A stretch of DNA of 64,000 bases from Candidatus Poseidoniaceae archaeon. Lineage in GTDB: Archaea > Thermoplasmatota > Poseidoniia > Poseidoniales > Poseidoniaceae. A program made the translations under genes and the position numbers. The stretch spans positions 110,955 to 174,954 of the forward strand of contig CASIBY010000005.1 in assembly GCA_949373095.1 (NCBI GenBank), in the 5' to 3' direction. Positions 63,132-64,000 of the stretch are shown piece by piece (within the stretch, counting starts at the first letter, position 1; each line of letters begins with the position of its first letter). Below the pieces are notes generated by a model. The model did no database searches. It had not been told where the DNA came from and saw only the letters and a list, made by a program, of their open reading frames with translations.

Positions 63132-63531
63132 TCAAACAATCTGTTTTGCATTTGCAGCAATACGAGGCCACCTCTCAGCGGCTTCTCGAGATACTGGCCC
63201 TTTGATATCGGACCCTTGTACGTCTCCTTTTTCGTTGACAATGACACAAGCATTGTCTTCGAACTGCACCCATGTACCATCAACACGACGGAAAGGTCGG
63301 CGTTGGCGGATGATGATTGCATTGAACATTTGTCGGCGGGTGTCAGGGGTTCCTTTCTTGACGGAGACCTTAGCCATGTCACCCACACCTGCGGCGGGGG
63401 TAACGACGCATGGTACCACCGAGCTTGAGGACGTTCAAGATTTGAACAACCTTAGCACCGGTGTTATCAGCGACGTGAAGGCGTGCTGCGGTCGGTAGAC
63501 CACGGGTTTGCTTACCTGCAATTCCTCGCAT
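63132..63531 (-). CDS. rpl14: 50S ribosomal protein L14 (uL14), apparent +1 frameshift in the G5 run at 63396-63400
   Basis: ATG 63531 gives [12 protein letters not shown]...ADNTGAK...RRYP. Deleting one base continues into AAGVGD...[10 protein letters not shown]...FEDNA...KGPVSRE. Confidence 0.93.
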
Positions 63532-63866
63532 CAGACAACACCTCCTGAGTTTTCGATGACGCAGAATGAAACCGTCTTAGATAGAGGGCGGCATTCCATG
63601 ACCTTGACCGTATCACCGATGTTGACATCTCCGATACAGGTGGGCAAGTGAGCGGAAACGACGCTGGTTCGCTTCTCAAATCGCTCGTACTTCTTCATGT
63701 AACGCACATTGTTTCGTTCGATTGTAATCGTACTTTGCATACCAGTGCTGGAAACTGTACCTTCCAGAACTTGCCCACGCAAACGTAGAGTTCCGTAAAA
63801 CGGACAGTTTTCATCGCCATCCCACTCGCCGGTGGGGTTCTTTACGTCAACGCCAATATCTCGCAT
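63531..63866 (-). CDS. rps17: 30S ribosomal protein S17 (uS17)
   Basis: MRDIG.DV, CPFYG.L.LRG, KYERFEKR, ECRPLSKTVSF. Confidence 0.95.
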   Translation of the reverse strand: MRDIGVDVKNPTGEWDGDENCPFYGTLRLRGQVLEGTVSSTGMQSTITIERNNVRYMKKYERFEKRTSVVSAHLPTCIGDVNIGDTVKVMECRPLSKTVSFCVIENSGGVV

Positions 63867-63870
63867 CGTA

Positions 63871-64000
63871 TCATGCCTTCCTATATGTTCGGTGGATCCT
63901 GTCTTCGGGGCGGTGTCCCACCATTGCCCCTTCAATGACGACCGGATGGTCGCCAACAGTGAATGTGATACTGGCTTTGTTCAGTGTGACCGTTCGGTCA
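63871..64000 (-). CDS. rnp1: RNase P protein component 1 (Rpp29), C-terminal part, truncated by the window
   Basis: Manual translation gives ...TLNKASITFTVGDHPVVIEGAMVGHRPEDRIHRTYRKA*. Position upstream of rps17 is canonical. Confidence 0.8.
   Translation of the reverse strand, partial: DRTVTLNKASITFTVGDHPVVIEGAMVGHRPEDRIHRTYRKA

Noticed and set aside
63132..63531. rpl14 as a pseudogene or programmed frameshift
   Set aside because: It is an essential gene and one extra base in a G5 run explains the break. It is best read as a sequencing error, which also calibrates the other frameshifts in the window.

Overview
Chromosomal fragment of an archaeon, most likely a Marine Group II euryarchaeote (Ca. 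Poseidoniales, Thermoplasmatota). Support for this: a stand-alone archaeal 16S rRNA gene (minus strand, about 51728-53191, with no 23S or tRNA-Ala next to it), an archaeal spc-type ribosomal protein operon (Rpp29, S17, L14, L24, S4e, L5, S14, S8, L6, L32e, L19e, L18, S5, L30, L15, secY), Trm56, an XPD-type helicase, large acidic DxDxDG-repeat surface proteins and many bacterial-type metabolic genes (lipA, lipB, a four-gene 2-oxoacid dehydrogenase operon, class Ia nrdAB, dut, folP, a FolM-like reductase, thiolase, FeS-type photolyase, carAB). The most striking element is a translationally coupled five-gene operon at 24579-28833 (minus strand). It encodes a His-rich membrane protein, a StlD/DarB-like ketosynthase, a heme-oxygenase-like diiron enzyme, a conserved hypothetical protein and a membrane desaturase. 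This looks like a bacterial-type acyl-lipid or natural-product cluster with no ACP, in an archaeon, lying close to the branched-chain keto-acid dehydrogenase genes and followed by YHYH and SCO genes. Other oddities are a SecY with about four extra N-terminal TM helices, a SAP domain fused to L32e, a 2971-aa transglutaminase-like surface protein lacking the catalytic His, and a CCA-bearing copy of the tRNA-Leu 3' end. Several frameshifts, including one in the essential rpl14, are probably sequencing errors. All family assignments come from recognising motifs by eye; no database searches were run.
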